Origin: Lytechinus pictus
Taxonomy: Eukaryota
Direction of reading: 5' to 3'
NCBI RefSeq assembly: GCF_037042905.1
Contig: NC_087252.1
Span: 1-64,000, forward strand
Length of the DNA: 64,000 nucleotides
Shown: positions 12,709-26,985 of the stretch, piece by piece
Layout of the letters: each line of letters opens with the position of its first letter
How positions within the stretch are numbered: position 1 is the stretch's first letter
Notes under the pieces: model-generated
The model's database searches: none
Told to the model about the DNA's origin: nothing
The model's input: the letters and a program-made list of their open reading frames with translations, nothing else
Position numbers and translations under genes: made by a program

Positions 12709-12717
12709 ACCCTAACC
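12333..12717. repeat. Interstitial telomeric tract, same orientation as the terminal telomere
   Basis: ~385 bp of CCCTAA, pure distally, with CCCTAAA, CCCCTAA and CCCAA variants proximally. Confidence 0.97.
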
Positions 12718-13256
12718 TTCATAATGAAATGTGAAAATGTATTCGTGAACAACATTATTTGCATACAACTTTACTTTAGATTTTAATTGCCCAAAGTAAT
12801 ATCAATTTCAAAATCTGAATTAAAGGTTTTGGCAAAATAAAAAACATCATCATGGTCCTGCATGGGTAGCGGGACCTTGGGGACGCAGCTGCGTGTATTA
12901 TTCTCCATAGGCAGCTGCACCCCCAGTTATTTTGGAAGATGTGTACAAATGTAAAACGTAAACAAAACGACTTTCATTTTGTAGGGAAACCCCACTTTTT
13001 TTTCTTTTTTTTTGCTCTTCAAATTTCTCTGAACCAATTTCATCTCCATTTTGTAGTGAAAAACTTTTTTTTCTTCCTTTTAAACTTTCTCGGGATCAAT
13101 TTGATCTGCTTTTTTAAAAGTGAACACCATGTTCTTTTTTTTTTTTTTTTTTGCTTTTCAAATTTACTTCAGTACCCCCACGCAAAAAATCGTTCACAGG
13201 CCCCATAATTTCAAAGTATAAAAATAAGCCATTTTCGCGGAATCACGTGTTGTCAC

Positions 13257-14722
13257 CAGTGGCGTAGCTAGGATTTTTTTCCCGGGGGGGCACTGGGGGG
13301 TCCTTGCTTTTTTCAAGGGGGGCACCGGCCATTTTTCCGGTGTGTGTGTATGTGTCACAAGGGCGGATCCGACATTCGCCAATAGGGGACGGGTCCCGAA
13401 TTTATCTTCACCTATATCAGTCACTTCTTAGTTTTATTATATAAAACAACATAAACATGAAATAATCTCATAAGCCTTATAAAAAGTGCGAGCGCGAAGC
13501 GCGAGCGATTTTTTTTTTTTTTACTTTCATGTATTTTTCCTGAAAATTTAATTTTCTGGGCAATGTTATGTGTGATCCTGAACAAGATTCGTATGTAACT
13601 AGATGGTTACTGCGAACGCCAAGCGCGAACAGAAATTGTTATCAACTGTTCTAGCATTATCGAAAAGGGACCTGTTAAGGACTGCTTACAGTTACCCACG
13701 AAGACGGTATATATTTCAATAATGCGAGCGCGAAGCGCGAGCAAATTTTTTAACATTCCGACCTAAAAAATGGTAATTCTAAGCACTTTTTGTATTAATA
13801 AATGGGATAGGTATGGCACTAAACAATTGATGCGAGCGCGAAGCGCGAGGAAGAAAATTGAGATTTTAGACCTAAAAGCGGGACACTCAATTCATATTTT
13901 GTAAATCATAAATAGGATATAGTCAATTGGGTATCATTAATAATGCGATCGTGAAGCGTGAGCAGACAATTATTGATATTCTGATGTGAAACTGGATAAT
14001 TTAAGTCCATTTTGAATAAAGGTCATTTTGCCTCCGACGAAGATTCTGCTAGGATCGAAAGCTTAGGCCCCTTTTTGACTTTCTAATTTTGAATAAAGAA
14101 CATGCAGGCTATCGCGCATGTTTTAGATTTAGACCTAGAATCTGGGCATTCTGAATACATTTGTTTAATGGAACATTATGGAATACACTTAGACAATATG
14201 AACTTGGCAAATCAAACAATGTGACCATGCAGCGTGAGCTTAAAATGCTGATATGTAGACCGTAAAACGGACATTTTACAGAGCACTTAAATTGTAAATG
14301 AAAAAAATAATGAAAGCTCGATGTCCGAGCTAAAATATGTTTTGCATATTGACTTCAAAACTTGCTCCATATCAGCCTATTGAGCAAGATATGAATCTCA
14401 TCAAACAGGCAATTCTGGCGCGAAGCGCCAGCAAAAATTTTATATAGTAACATGAAAAGATTTGTTTTTTAATTGCAAGTCTTCCCCTCCCATTATTTCA
14501 TTTACTCGTCTTCCTCCTCTTATTTTCCTCTTCTTTTTTTCTTCTGTCTTTCTTCTTCTTTTCCTTTTTTTCTTTTCTTCTTTTCCTTTTTTCTTTTCTT
14601 CTTTCTCCCTTTTTTCTTTTTTTTTTGCTCTGCCAATTTTTTCTGGGGGGGCACCTGGGGGGGCACACCAAATCTCAGGGGGGGCACGTGCCCCCCCAGG
14701 CCCCCCCGTAGCTACGCCACTG
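13257..14722. mobile_element. Non-autonomous hAT-like DNA transposon
   Basis: TIR CAGTGGCGTAGCTA...TAGCTACGCCACTG; perfect 8-bp TSD GTTGTCAC (13249-13256 and 14723-14730); no transposase ORF. Confidence 0.88.
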
Positions 14723-15857
14723 GTTGTCACCATATACCAATCCGTATATGTCGCGAATTTGGTTTTAAAAATTCACAAGACTTAAAAAAAAATGAAATTT
14801 TGAGGCGCTATCTTTGTGCCTCCTGAAAATCGTGTTGACCCTTCCCCCCGTCTCTTTATATTTGATTAAGTTTATTATCAACATCGTGATTCTAGTCAAA
14901 TTGACCCCCCTATATATAAAAGACAAATTTTGACGCCTCTAGATCAATTGGGCACCACCCAATGCAGCTAATTTTCCCCTTATATTCTTTTTTTCCCTAT
15001 TCCCTCTCTCCCCAATTTTCTATTTTCTGTCTCCCCCCCCCCCCCCCCCATTTTTTCGTTTTCCCCTCCTTTTCTTTCCTATTCCCCACTTTTCCTCTTC
15101 TTTTAGTCTCCACTTCTCTGTCTTTGGTTTCCCCCTCTTTTTTTTTCTTTCCCTTCTTTCCCCCATTTTCTTTCCCTACTTGCCTTTGCCTACCCGGGGG
15201 GGGGGGGGGGTGACCCCGAAAATAAAGGATTGGGAACATAAGGGAGCAATAAAGATAGAAGAAAGGGAGAGATTTGGGCTACGTCACTCTAGAATAAGCT
15301 TACATAATGCAATTGACAAGTTATCTTGCCCCCTCCTTTACTGGCGACATTCCTGCCTACCTTACAACCACCCCCCCCCCCCCCCATTTCACACACGTTT
15401 TTCTTTTTTTTATCTTCCTCTCCCCACTCTCGTCTGGGAGCTTGTTGTATAAGGGCTTCAGTAACAAGGGTCATCAGCCCCTCAAATTCAATGTTACCAC
15501 TATAAAAATACACATCTTTGGCACAGCTGCCCCTTTCTCTTAACCCCCCCCCCCCCTGTAACCACGTTCCGTTTCTCATAACTATCTACTATACCTATCC
15601 ATCACCCCCCTCTTGTTCCTCTCTCTCTCCTCTTGTGATTTCTGAACCATCTTACTCCTATTCATTTACCACTTCCCTTTCTTCGCCAACAGTATTTTCA
15701 CAAGCCCCTTTATACTTATACCCCATTTTCTAGACTCTATCCCTCCCCCCACTCTTCTCCCGATTCTTTATCTCAATCACTCTCCTTATCCCTCATTTTC
15801 CCCATCAGTTAACCATCAAGTATAGATGATTGAAATTCAACACCTGAATGGGCTTAA

Positions 15858-17562
15858 CCCTAAACAGGCCTGGGGGGGGGGGTTGAATCACCCCCCTCGA
15901 CATTTTCTGCGATCATTCCACCGCGCGAAGTTTTTTTACTGCGCCACTCGCAGAGTTTATACTTTTAAGTCTCACGCATCTTTTGAGACCAAATTTACGA
16001 TGCCCAGGTACGCGGTTCCAAAATTATGCAACATTTCGTAAGTGCATGTCTGACCTAAAATAGTTCCAAAACGTGATTTGTGTACTAAGTCAATGTAAAT
16101 TGAGTTTTCTCATCTTATTCATAAAGATATGATTATTTTTACTTGAAACAGCTGAAATCAATTGATTTTAGCATAATTATGCTTCAATAAGGTTGTGCAA
16201 TAAATCTGGTGAAAACAAAGAACAAGTGGAATGCCTCTGGCCGTCTCACCTGCATCACGCGATTCAATATAGCAGCAGTGCTGATTTTGAAAACTACTAT
16301 AACTCGCACAAGATGTTCAGTGATACTTGGTTACTCTTATTTCCACGTTTTATGAACTAGACCAATACACTTAAAGAGATATGATGGCAATTCAACAAAT
16401 ACCCCCAACGTGGCCAAAGTTCTTTGACCTTACATGACCTTTGACCTTGATCATGTGACCTGAAACTCGCACAGGATGTTCAGTGATACTTGATTACTAT
16501 TATGTCCAAGTTTTATGAACTAGACCAACACACTTTCAAATTTATGGCTGTAATTCAACAAATACCCCAATTTGGCCAAAGTTCATTGACCCTAAATGAC
16601 CTTTGACCTTGATCATGTGACCTGAAACTTGCACAGGATGTTCAGTAATACTTGATTACTATTATGTCCAAGTTTCATGAATCAGATCCATAAACTTTCA
16701 AAGTTATGATGGTAATTCAACAGATACCCCCAATTCGGCCAAAGTTCATTGACCCTAAATGACCTTTGACCTAGGTCATGTGACGTGAAACTCATGCAGG
16801 ATGTTCAGTGATACTTGATTAACCTTATGTATAAGTTTCATGAACTAGGTCCATATATTTTCTATGATGACATTTCAAAAACTTAACCTTAGGTTAAGAT
16901 TTTGATGTTGATTCCCCCAACATGGTCTAAGTTCATTGACCCTAAATGACCTTTGACCTTGGTCATGTGACATGAAACTCAGGCAGGATGTTCAGTAATA
17001 CTTGATTAACCTTATGGCCAAGTTTCATGAACTAGGTCCATATACTTTCTAAGTTATGCTGTCATTTCAAAAACTTAACCTCAGGTTAAGATTTGGTGTT
17101 GACGCCGCCGCCGCCGTCGGAAAAGCGGCGCCTATAGTCTCACTCTGCTATGCAGGTGAGACAAAAACAAAAGGTTGAAAAACAAAGAAATACATAAGAA
17201 ATTCATAAAACAATAAAATACATAAGAAATTGATTTCCAAACCGAAGTTTTTTCAATTGCGATTGTTAAGAATGCTACAAAGGATATTTTTACCAAAAAT
17301 TATCATTCTAGGAGCTTTATTGAATTAGAGCAAAAAGTATGATTTATGCATAAATTAGCATAATTCATATAAAATAAAATCTCATTATCTTGGAAAATTT
17401 TACCATACAGCCTTGTAGATTACATCGCACACTACCAGCGTGCAAATTTTTGCGGAGCTCATGCGATCGGCGGCCGAGATCTCGGGGGGGGGGGGGGGGG
17501 GGTTGGTTGAATCAACCCTCCCCCTGCCACAGAACAGCCAAAAAAGCCCAGCCTAGTTAGGG
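15858..17562. mobile_element. piggyBac-like MITE hosting a nested element
   Basis: TTAA|CCCTAAACAGGC ... GCCTAGTTAGGG|TTAA; related copies at 45275-45944, 46360-47030 and a fragment near 11590-11940. Confidence 0.75.
16221..17166 (+). mobile_element. Helentron-associated non-autonomous element (HINE, pearl/Tsp-like) with ~163-bp internal tandem repeats
   Basis: Subterminal IR GTCTCACCTGCAT (16243) / ATGCAGGTGAGAC (17150); 3' hairpin; (GCC)n before the end; about five core repeats (GATGTTCAG at 16312, 16475, 16637, 16800, 16987); A-rich flanks. Confidence 0.7.
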
Positions 17563-18041
17563 TTAAACACATTTAAGACCACTCTTTACTCAACCCGGTA
17601 AGGGGGGGGGGGCTGTCATTTCTAGGTGGACAGACTCCATGCTGATATGATACACAATAATATGCAAACAAGATGTTTATCAAAGGCAAGCTAAGCACAA
17701 CATAGATCAAATACGTACCACAATTTAGCAAACATGAAAAGGGGTATAATGTTAACCCTGGAAATAAGAAAATGGAAATATATTTCATTTTATCATGCAA
17801 ATAGAATATTTGACACATTCGTAAGGGTGAGGTAGTAATGACAAATACAATTATTAAGATGTTATTAAGATGGAAAATGTTTAGAGTGCATTTTGACAAA
17901 TTGTGTAATACATGTAGCATGGTGTCCACCTCATGAGTGCCCCCCCCCCAAAAAAAAAAAAATCTACAGAACATTATAGTAATATCACAAAGAAGACAAG
18001 CAACCAAAGAGAATGAAAAGTTGATGTTCTCTGTACGGATC

Positions 18042-18047
18042 TTTATT
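18042..18047 (-). promoter_or_regulatory. Candidate polyadenylation signal of RPS25
   Basis: AATAAA on the minus strand ~95 nt after the stop codon. Confidence 0.65.
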
Positions 18048-18140
18048 TTACATCACTAGAGACATATCATAGCAACACTTTGTACACGAGCAGAAACAGA
18101 TCTTGCATTTCTGTGACCTTTGACATGAGAGGTCAATAAC

Positions 18141-18214
18141 CTAAGCCTCCTGACCCTTGGGGTTTCGGGTGTAGATAAGCTGGGAGCTGTGTTTCACAAC
18201 TTGCTTGATCAAAC
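18141..18214 (-). CDS. RPS25: 40S ribosomal protein eS25, last coding exon
   Basis: CAG acceptor, phase 1, (G)LIKQVVKHSSQLIYTRNPKGQEA*; matches the eS25 C-terminus. Confidence 0.95.
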
Positions 18215-18379
18215 CTGTAGATGAGAGGGGGGAGGAGGAGAGAAGGGGGGGGAGAATGGTGAAGAGAAGGGTGGAGAAGAGAAAGAAGTTGGAGAGAAAA
18301 AAGATAAGGTTAAGCTCACGTGAAATTTGATTTACAGTAATTGAGATTTGTAGAGATTTGCAAAAACATTAATCCTTAA

Positions 18380-18785
18380 AGGTAAATTCCAGTTCTGGTA
18401 ACGATCTCAAAATGACTTTTTACAGAATCTAATATAATGACCACCCAAGTGTCTGTTTGTATGAATAAAAAATATGTGCCAAAGGATTCTGGAAGAAATT
18501 GTGTAATTGCTGAGAAATAAGCAAAATGAGCGCGGAATTGGTCACTTCCGTCGGGTCTTTATTCCAGCAATACTAATACACTGTCCCACGTGTGCCTATC
18601 TGTGTTGGCGATCTTCAGTGTGATCGTATTTCAGCTTAGATTTTATTATTTCACTAAGTTCAGTTTATGTAACTGTACCAGATCTAGATCCACGATGATA
18701 TAGTAATAGTATTATAGTACTCAACCTTGGTTTTACAGACTTTCTCAGGAAATCAGTATTTTACTGCAACTACTGTCATTTAGCT
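18380..18785. mobile_element. TTAA-flanked Kolobok-like MITE
   Basis: TTAA|AGGTAAATTCCAGT...ACTGTCATTTAGCT|TTAA; related fragments at ~42110 and ~54230. Confidence 0.6.
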
Positions 18786-19421
18786 TTAAAGTGAGAAATA
18801 GAGGCATGTCAAAATTATATCACAATGCTAATGAAAGCTAAAACAAAATATGTTGGGGATTTTTAATGAAAATGTATTTTTTTTTTTACAGTTTTAGTGC
18901 CTGTGACAAGCACTAAAATTGGGGCCCTTTCAAAATTTAAATCAGGCCCTTTCTGATAGCTACTTGCCTAAGAGCTAGAACAGCAATCACATCCACTCAA
19001 ATTTGTTATGCAGAGCTTTGTTGGCAATTCACTGAATCAAACTTTGAAAGTGTTTTACCCCTGTAAACCTTATAGTTCCCAATTTATGGAACGTTTTCCC
19101 TATGTTACTTCTGGTTGATTAGTTTCCCCGCTTGCCAATACTGGTCAGAAATCCACATGAAAGAAATGAATATTGCCTATTCAATTGTATTCAACACACA
19201 CACAACTATGTTGTGCATTCTGGGTGCAGTTTCATAAAGCTGTTCGTAAGTTAAGAGCGACTTTAAGAACGACTAATTATCCTTCCTTGCGGTAAATGGT
19301 AAAATAAATTGGCGATGGTTTAGCATGTAAGAAAGGATCACCAGTCAATCTTACAAACATCTTTATGAAACGGCCCCCTGGATACACAAAGATTTGCCCC
19401 ATTGCTTTGTTATTCTTGTTT

Positions 19422-21246
19422 GGCCATGCGTTATATGTTGGGCCCGCAAATAGGTGGTATCGTTAAATTTGCACAAGCACAGAAATGATTAATGGTATAA
19501 AACTTGAAATATATGACTGTGCTACATGGGTATATTTGGTATCACATCAAAGGGAATCTTTATACCAATTACTTGAAAGAAAAAGAAATACTTGAGATTA
19601 CTTCATTTACCAGTACTTAGCAATTATGTAACATCAATTTGCCATTTTTGCATGGTGGTAGACGAGGGGAGCATGACGAGGGGAGCATAAATTTGTATTT
19701 CATTAAGAAACTAAATGTGTAACATCACAGTACCTAAATATGTAATAGTTTTGGGGCTCACTGGCTTATTCTTCAATCAAATGTGGGTCAAATTTGAACT
19801 TCTAAGTTTAAAGGATACCTAATTAAGCTAATTAATATAATTAATGTAAATCATGAAATTAACACGATTGAAATTGTGGCTGTCTGATGTATATAAAATG
19901 AGAGATAAAATATAGTTGTGGGTTACACCTTCAATAAAATTTAGAAGCGGCAAAAGTTTCAAAAGGAAAAGCACAAACTAATTAAAGACTTCAGAGATAA
20001 ATCAATCTATTGTTAATTATGACCTCATGGTTTCAACTTTGACAGTGTAGACTGACAGTGATGACTTTGATGTGTCTGAATCTTCATATTATTCTGGTAA
20101 CATAACAGATAGCCAGTACACCTTTTATCAGCTGCCTTTTATGCAATTTTAATTGCTGAAAACTTGTTTGTACTACTTTGTAGCAATAAAGCCCTGATGC
20201 TATTTACTTTCTTTTCTAAATGTTACATCACACTGCATCTATGAATCAGTAGATGACAAATATTTGGCTGGCACAAAAGTGTTCAGAGAATATTTTTCCA
20301 AATTAACAAAACACTACTTGAGAACGAAACTGGTTCAAAGGTTACACTAAACAGAGGCAATTGTACCCATAGAATGTGTTTTGTGCATTGACATTCAACC
20401 CAGTACCAAGAGACCATGTCCTGCAGAATGTTTAGCAAGAGGATATATTTAAAATATAACACTATAAAATAACATACCCGGTAATCAAAGTATATTTGCC
20501 AGGTGTATGGATTTATTCATAACAATACATGTTAGTTGTTTTGTTCACACTAATTTTAAATAAGCTAAAGCAGTTATGCGAAGTTTTCATTGTGCATTCA
20601 CATTTTCCTATATTTATGTTAAACCTGACTCTCAGTTGTCAACCTTTGGTCCACCGGTCTTTGAGCCGAGAGATGACAAATCCCACGATTTGAGTCAAAT
20701 GAAATAATTTTTTATTCATAATAACCCTAGTAAATATATTATAATATACTGGTTAGTGTTTGCAAGTGTATTTATGCAACTAAAGGCAAGACTACATAAT
20801 GTTTTGGGGGGAAATCAAGCATTTTAACATATTTACACGAAAAAATTGTGATGTGAAATTTTGTCTTAAAAGATGATCGCGCCAAGTTATTTTGGAAGAG
20901 TTATCCCTAACAAGTTATATATCATTGGAAAGGTCTCACTCTAAAGAGTTGAAATATGCATGATATTTTCCTATAGAGTGTTAAGTTTATCTGATTCTCA
21001 GATTTATGGGAAGTATATTTTTTCACAATTTTCCACATGTTTTGACCTTTATCTTTTTATGACATTACCCTATGCCTTTTCTGATTGCATTTTTGAATTC
21101 CTCAGACAATTTCCTTTCAGAATATGTATACTTTTATGGGTATAGGATGTCAAACATAAGAAAAAAATGCAATTGTTTGAAACGGTGCGATTTTGGAGGA
21201 AAATTTGAATTGTAACGGAAATGGGCCCAACTCAAAACGCATGGCC
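19422..21246. mobile_element. Unclassified TIR DNA transposon (~1.8 kb)
   Basis: Imperfect 24-bp TIR GGCCATGCGTTATATGTTGGGCCC / GGGCCCAACTCAAAACGCATGGCC; 4-bp TSD GTTT. Confidence 0.65.
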
Positions 21247-21512
21247 GTTTGCACTGGATTCATTTAGGGCCATCATTATTCTATGGTTGAGCAACATCAC
21301 ATTTGATAGTTATCCTTGGTTTCATAATACACAAAATATAGAGGAAATTCAATCTTATGATCAGTTGGAATAGAAAAGTCGGTAAAAAAAAAAAATGTAT
21401 TGGTGAAAATCCACCACTGAATAAGAAAGTTTTTAATTTGTAATTTATTCAATTTGTTGCATAATATGCAAACAGCTCTCCTGTATACCATACTGTACAT
21501 GTACTACTTTAA

Positions 21513-23848
21513 AGTGATCATTTCACTTTGTTCTGATTGAAAAAATTATCATTTTGGTTCTTGAAAATGGGCTAAACATTAGGCTTATAGTGTAAAAATA
21601 CCATCCAAAAAGTTTCAAAGTATTATATCTACAGGATCAATTTAAAACATTGGAGATGTAAACCAAAGTTTCAAAATAATTGGGAGTTGGTTTCAATGAC
21701 TACAGTGCGTCCCAAAAAAAACTATACACTTTTGAAATGGCTGCCAAATAAAAAGTATATCACTTTGGGGGGAAAGACTTATACATATGGAAAGCCGATA
21801 AAGTCATCTTTCAAATGACACCAAAATGTTGGAAAACTATTAATGCTTGAGTGAGCACTACCCGCTTAAACAAAGGGTATGAAAATTAGGGTGGGCAGGA
21901 ATTAGCCTTTCGGTTTCTTTCAGTTTTTGAGAGGCGAGTCCCTTGGAACTTGCAAACTTGAGGGTGTTCTGATGAATTGATGGTCATTCATTATCAATTT
22001 AAATTGTTAGAGCAAATTTCATGAATTATCAAATTGAAATTCCATGCATGAGTGAGCATGAATTGCAATCTTTAGTGAAGCATTTTAACTTACAATGTGG
22101 GTCTCAGCAGTGTGTTCATTGGAGTCAGGAGAATAGGGGTAAGAAATGACTTCAGTGTGTGAAGTAAGCTGATGGGAAAAGGGTCAACAGAACGTTTAGC
22201 CTCCCTCCTACATGTCCGTCCCTCCCCCCTCCTGTTGAGATTGAGACTGATTGCTATTACATGTACGCATTAAGTGCAAAGCGGACTGTCAATTTGATAA
22301 TAAATTCTGAAAATTAGATCATCAACTTTTATCTATCAATCATTCAATCAACAATCTGTTAGTAAATAAACTCAATCAATGTCATCAATCAAATATTCAC
22401 CTTTTTCAATAAATTATCAATCAAACATTCAGCTTTTTCAATAAATGATTTCATAAATTATCATAATTAGTCAAGTTCTTAATAAATCATTCGATGGAAA
22501 AGAAAGACCCATCAACCATCAGTCACTTGGCATTTTAAGTTTTAAATACCAACCAAGAGAAAGAAAGGGGTGGAGGGCGGGGTGAGTACATGACATGTAA
22601 TTTGTAAAAGAACACAAAGAAGAATGCCCCTTTAACCCAGTCTTACCCTATCTCATCCCCTTGCATGTAACAGGTACCATCACATTACTCTGACTCTCAC
22701 AAGCACACTTGCTAAGATCCACATAATAAACGAAAAATGCTACACTAAAATTACAATTCCTGTTTACTCATGCATTACATTTCAATTTAGTAACTCGTGA
22801 AATTTGCTTAAGAAACCAAAACGGATCTCCATTTATCAGTAATTTAGCATAACACCCTTAACTTTGCAAGTTCCAAAGGACTCACCTAAAAAAAAAAAAG
22901 GAATTAAGGCTAATTCCTGCTCACCCTAGCAAAGGCTAGTCTCTCAGGAGGGGTGAAAGGGGTAGAGAGAGAGAGGGGGGGGGGTTAAGTGTTCTGTTGA
23001 CCCATATCCCGTCAACCTACTTCCCCCACCTAAGTCCTATCCCTATTCTGACTTCCATGAACACATTACTGAGATCCACTTAAAAAGTGAAAAATTGTAT
23101 TTCATGTTCACTCATACATTAAATTTCAATTTAATAATTCTTAAAATTTGCTCTAAAAACCTAAATTGATAATGCTTGATCATTGATTTATCAAAACATC
23201 CTCAACTTTGCAAGTTCCAAGGGACTCGCATCTCAAAAACTGAAAGAAATTGGAAGGCTAATTCCTGCCCACCCTAATTTTCATACCCTTTGTTTTAGTG
23301 GGCAGTGCTCGCTCAAGCATGAAAAGTTTTCCAACTTTTTGGTGTCATTTCAAAGTTGACTTTATTGGCTTCCATGTACATGTATGTAAGTGTTTTCCCC
23401 CAAAGTGATATATTTTTTATTTGGCAGCCATTTCAAAAGTGTATAGTTTTTTTTGGGACGCACTGTATGTGTATAGAGCGAATCTGTGCAACACAACACA
23501 TTAACTCTAGATGAACACAGCATGACCTACATACAGTGTGTACAAGGTATACACTGAATGTACAGTGCAGCTAATAGCGTGTGTATAGGAGATACACACA
23601 GCAGAAGGCAGTCAACATAGCCAACGGACTTTTTGAATTGGAGAAAACTGGTCATAAGCTGAGCCTGTCTACTAGACGGTTCTCAAAATCAAGCTAATAA
23701 ATTGTTACTTGTATCTAAATTACAGTTTTTCATCCTATATTGAAGTCTGTTTCAGGGTTTTTGAGGACAAATACAGGCACTCATACACATGTCTCGTCTC
23801 AGTTTGAGAATTTTTTAAATCAGCTGCTCACAAAGTTAAATGATCCCT
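21513..23848. mobile_element. Kolobok-like MITE interrupted by a Tc1/mariner MITE
   Basis: TTAA|AGTGATCATTTCACTTTG ... CAAAGTTAAATGATCCCT; right TSD is decayed. Confidence 0.5.
21703..23465. mobile_element. Tc1/mariner-type foldback MITE with long TIRs
   Basis: TA|CAGTGCGTCCCAAAAAAAACTATACACTTTTGAAATGGCTGCC ... inverse|TA; arms remain complementary for several hundred bp. Confidence 0.88.
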
Positions 23849-23906
23849 ATATTCAGTGTTTAATTGGACATGATGAATAAAATGTTTTTTTCTTGAAGGA
23901 AGTAGG

Positions 23907-25505
<1,599 letters not shown>

Positions 25506-25757
25506 GAGTAGGATATAATGTGTCTATGTTTGTCAACCACACAATCAAAATAATTCTAAAATTATTGAGAAAATTGCATTTTTATACCATATCACACCAA
25601 ATATCGACTCGAGGAACTTCTCATCTGTGACATCAAAGAATCAAGACTTTTAAAAGTCATATTATTCATTAATGAATTTTCTTTAAACCTTCACCAATAT
25701 TTGGCTCTTTTTTTCTGTTTTCAGGGGAAACTTTCCCTTAAAAAGCTTTAAACTCAC

Positions 25758-25941
25758 CTTTCCTGAGGAGTTCCTCAAGGGCAAATCTGGCAAGGGAACC
25801 ACGGATCTTGAGACGCTCAGAAACCACTGATGGTGTGATGAGTTTGTAGGTTGGTACTTCCTTGTAGAGCTTGTCATAGGTAGCCTTGTCAAACATAACA
25901 AGATTGTTGAGCTTGTCACGGACCTTTCCCTTAGACCACTT
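25758..25941 (-). CDS. RPS25: 40S ribosomal protein eS25, exon 3
   Basis: [71 protein letters not shown]; hallmark eS25 core. Confidence 0.98.
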
Positions 25942-26089
25942 CTACTCCATCATAGAAACAAATGATAACAATAATAATAGTAACATTGGATATATAGCTC
26001 ATTTCCAACTTAATTAGATGCTCGAGCCTTGAGACACTTCAGACAAATTACAGACATAAAAATAAATACATTACAGGCTGAGACTTTAA

Positions 26090-26690
26090 GGGACAAGTCC
26101 ACCCTAACAAAAAGTTGATTTGAATAAAAAGAGAAAAATCCAACAAGCATAACACTGAAAATTTCATCAAAATCAATATAAAATAAGGAAGTTATATTTT
26201 AACCTTCATTTAATTTCACAAAACAGTTATATTCACATCCTGATTGGTATGCAAATGAGGGGACTGATGACATCATTCACTCACTATTTCTTTTGTATTT
26301 TATTACATGAAACATTAAATACTCCAATATTTTTCCCCCAGTTGTCCTGTGAAACAGACTTTTATTTCTCCCTCGGGACCATGTGGTATTACGATTTTTT
26401 AAACATTATATGGTTCAGTCAAGTTGGTCCTTATTGTCCAATGTGTAAAAAATGAAATATTGTCTAATTTGAACGATAAAAAACAAAATGAATAGTGAGG
26501 GACATTACAGACTCTCTCATTTGCATGTCACTGAGTTGTGCACATAACTGTTTGGCGAAAAATAAATAAAATTAAAAGTTGTTGTAACTTTCTTATTTGA
26601 CATCCGATTTTGATGAAATTTTCAGCGTTATGCTTGTTTGATTTTTCTCAACTAATTAAAATCAACATTTTTCTCGGGTAGACTTGAACT
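26090..26690. mobile_element. TTAA-flanked Kolobok-like foldback MITE
   Basis: TTAA|GGGACAAGTCCACCC ... GGGTAGACTTGAACT|TTAA; same family as 42893-43477. Confidence 0.7.
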
Positions 26691-26985
26691 TTAACAATGA
26701 ATACATTAATGGTTGTCTGTCAAAATGCACTGTTATACAGTAAATGTTTTCAGGTTATCCCTGAAAGTGGTTACTGATGTCTAGATTTTCAAACTGTGTG
26801 GATTTCATATGTGAATTCCATAGGGTCTGCTCCACACAAGCATAGGCCAATGATTTCTTTAAACTGAAACTTGGTACAAGATTAGAAGGATTTAAAGACA
26901 ATGAATGTGAATACTAGTAATATTTTTCAAAGGCAGAGAGAAAAAATCATACTGAAGTATTTTGACATTGAAACTTCAATGAATA

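Noticed and set aside
14440..15733. Lys/Glu-rich and Phe/Ser-rich ORFs (also 24529-25358)
   Set aside because: Products of polypyrimidine low-complexity DNA.
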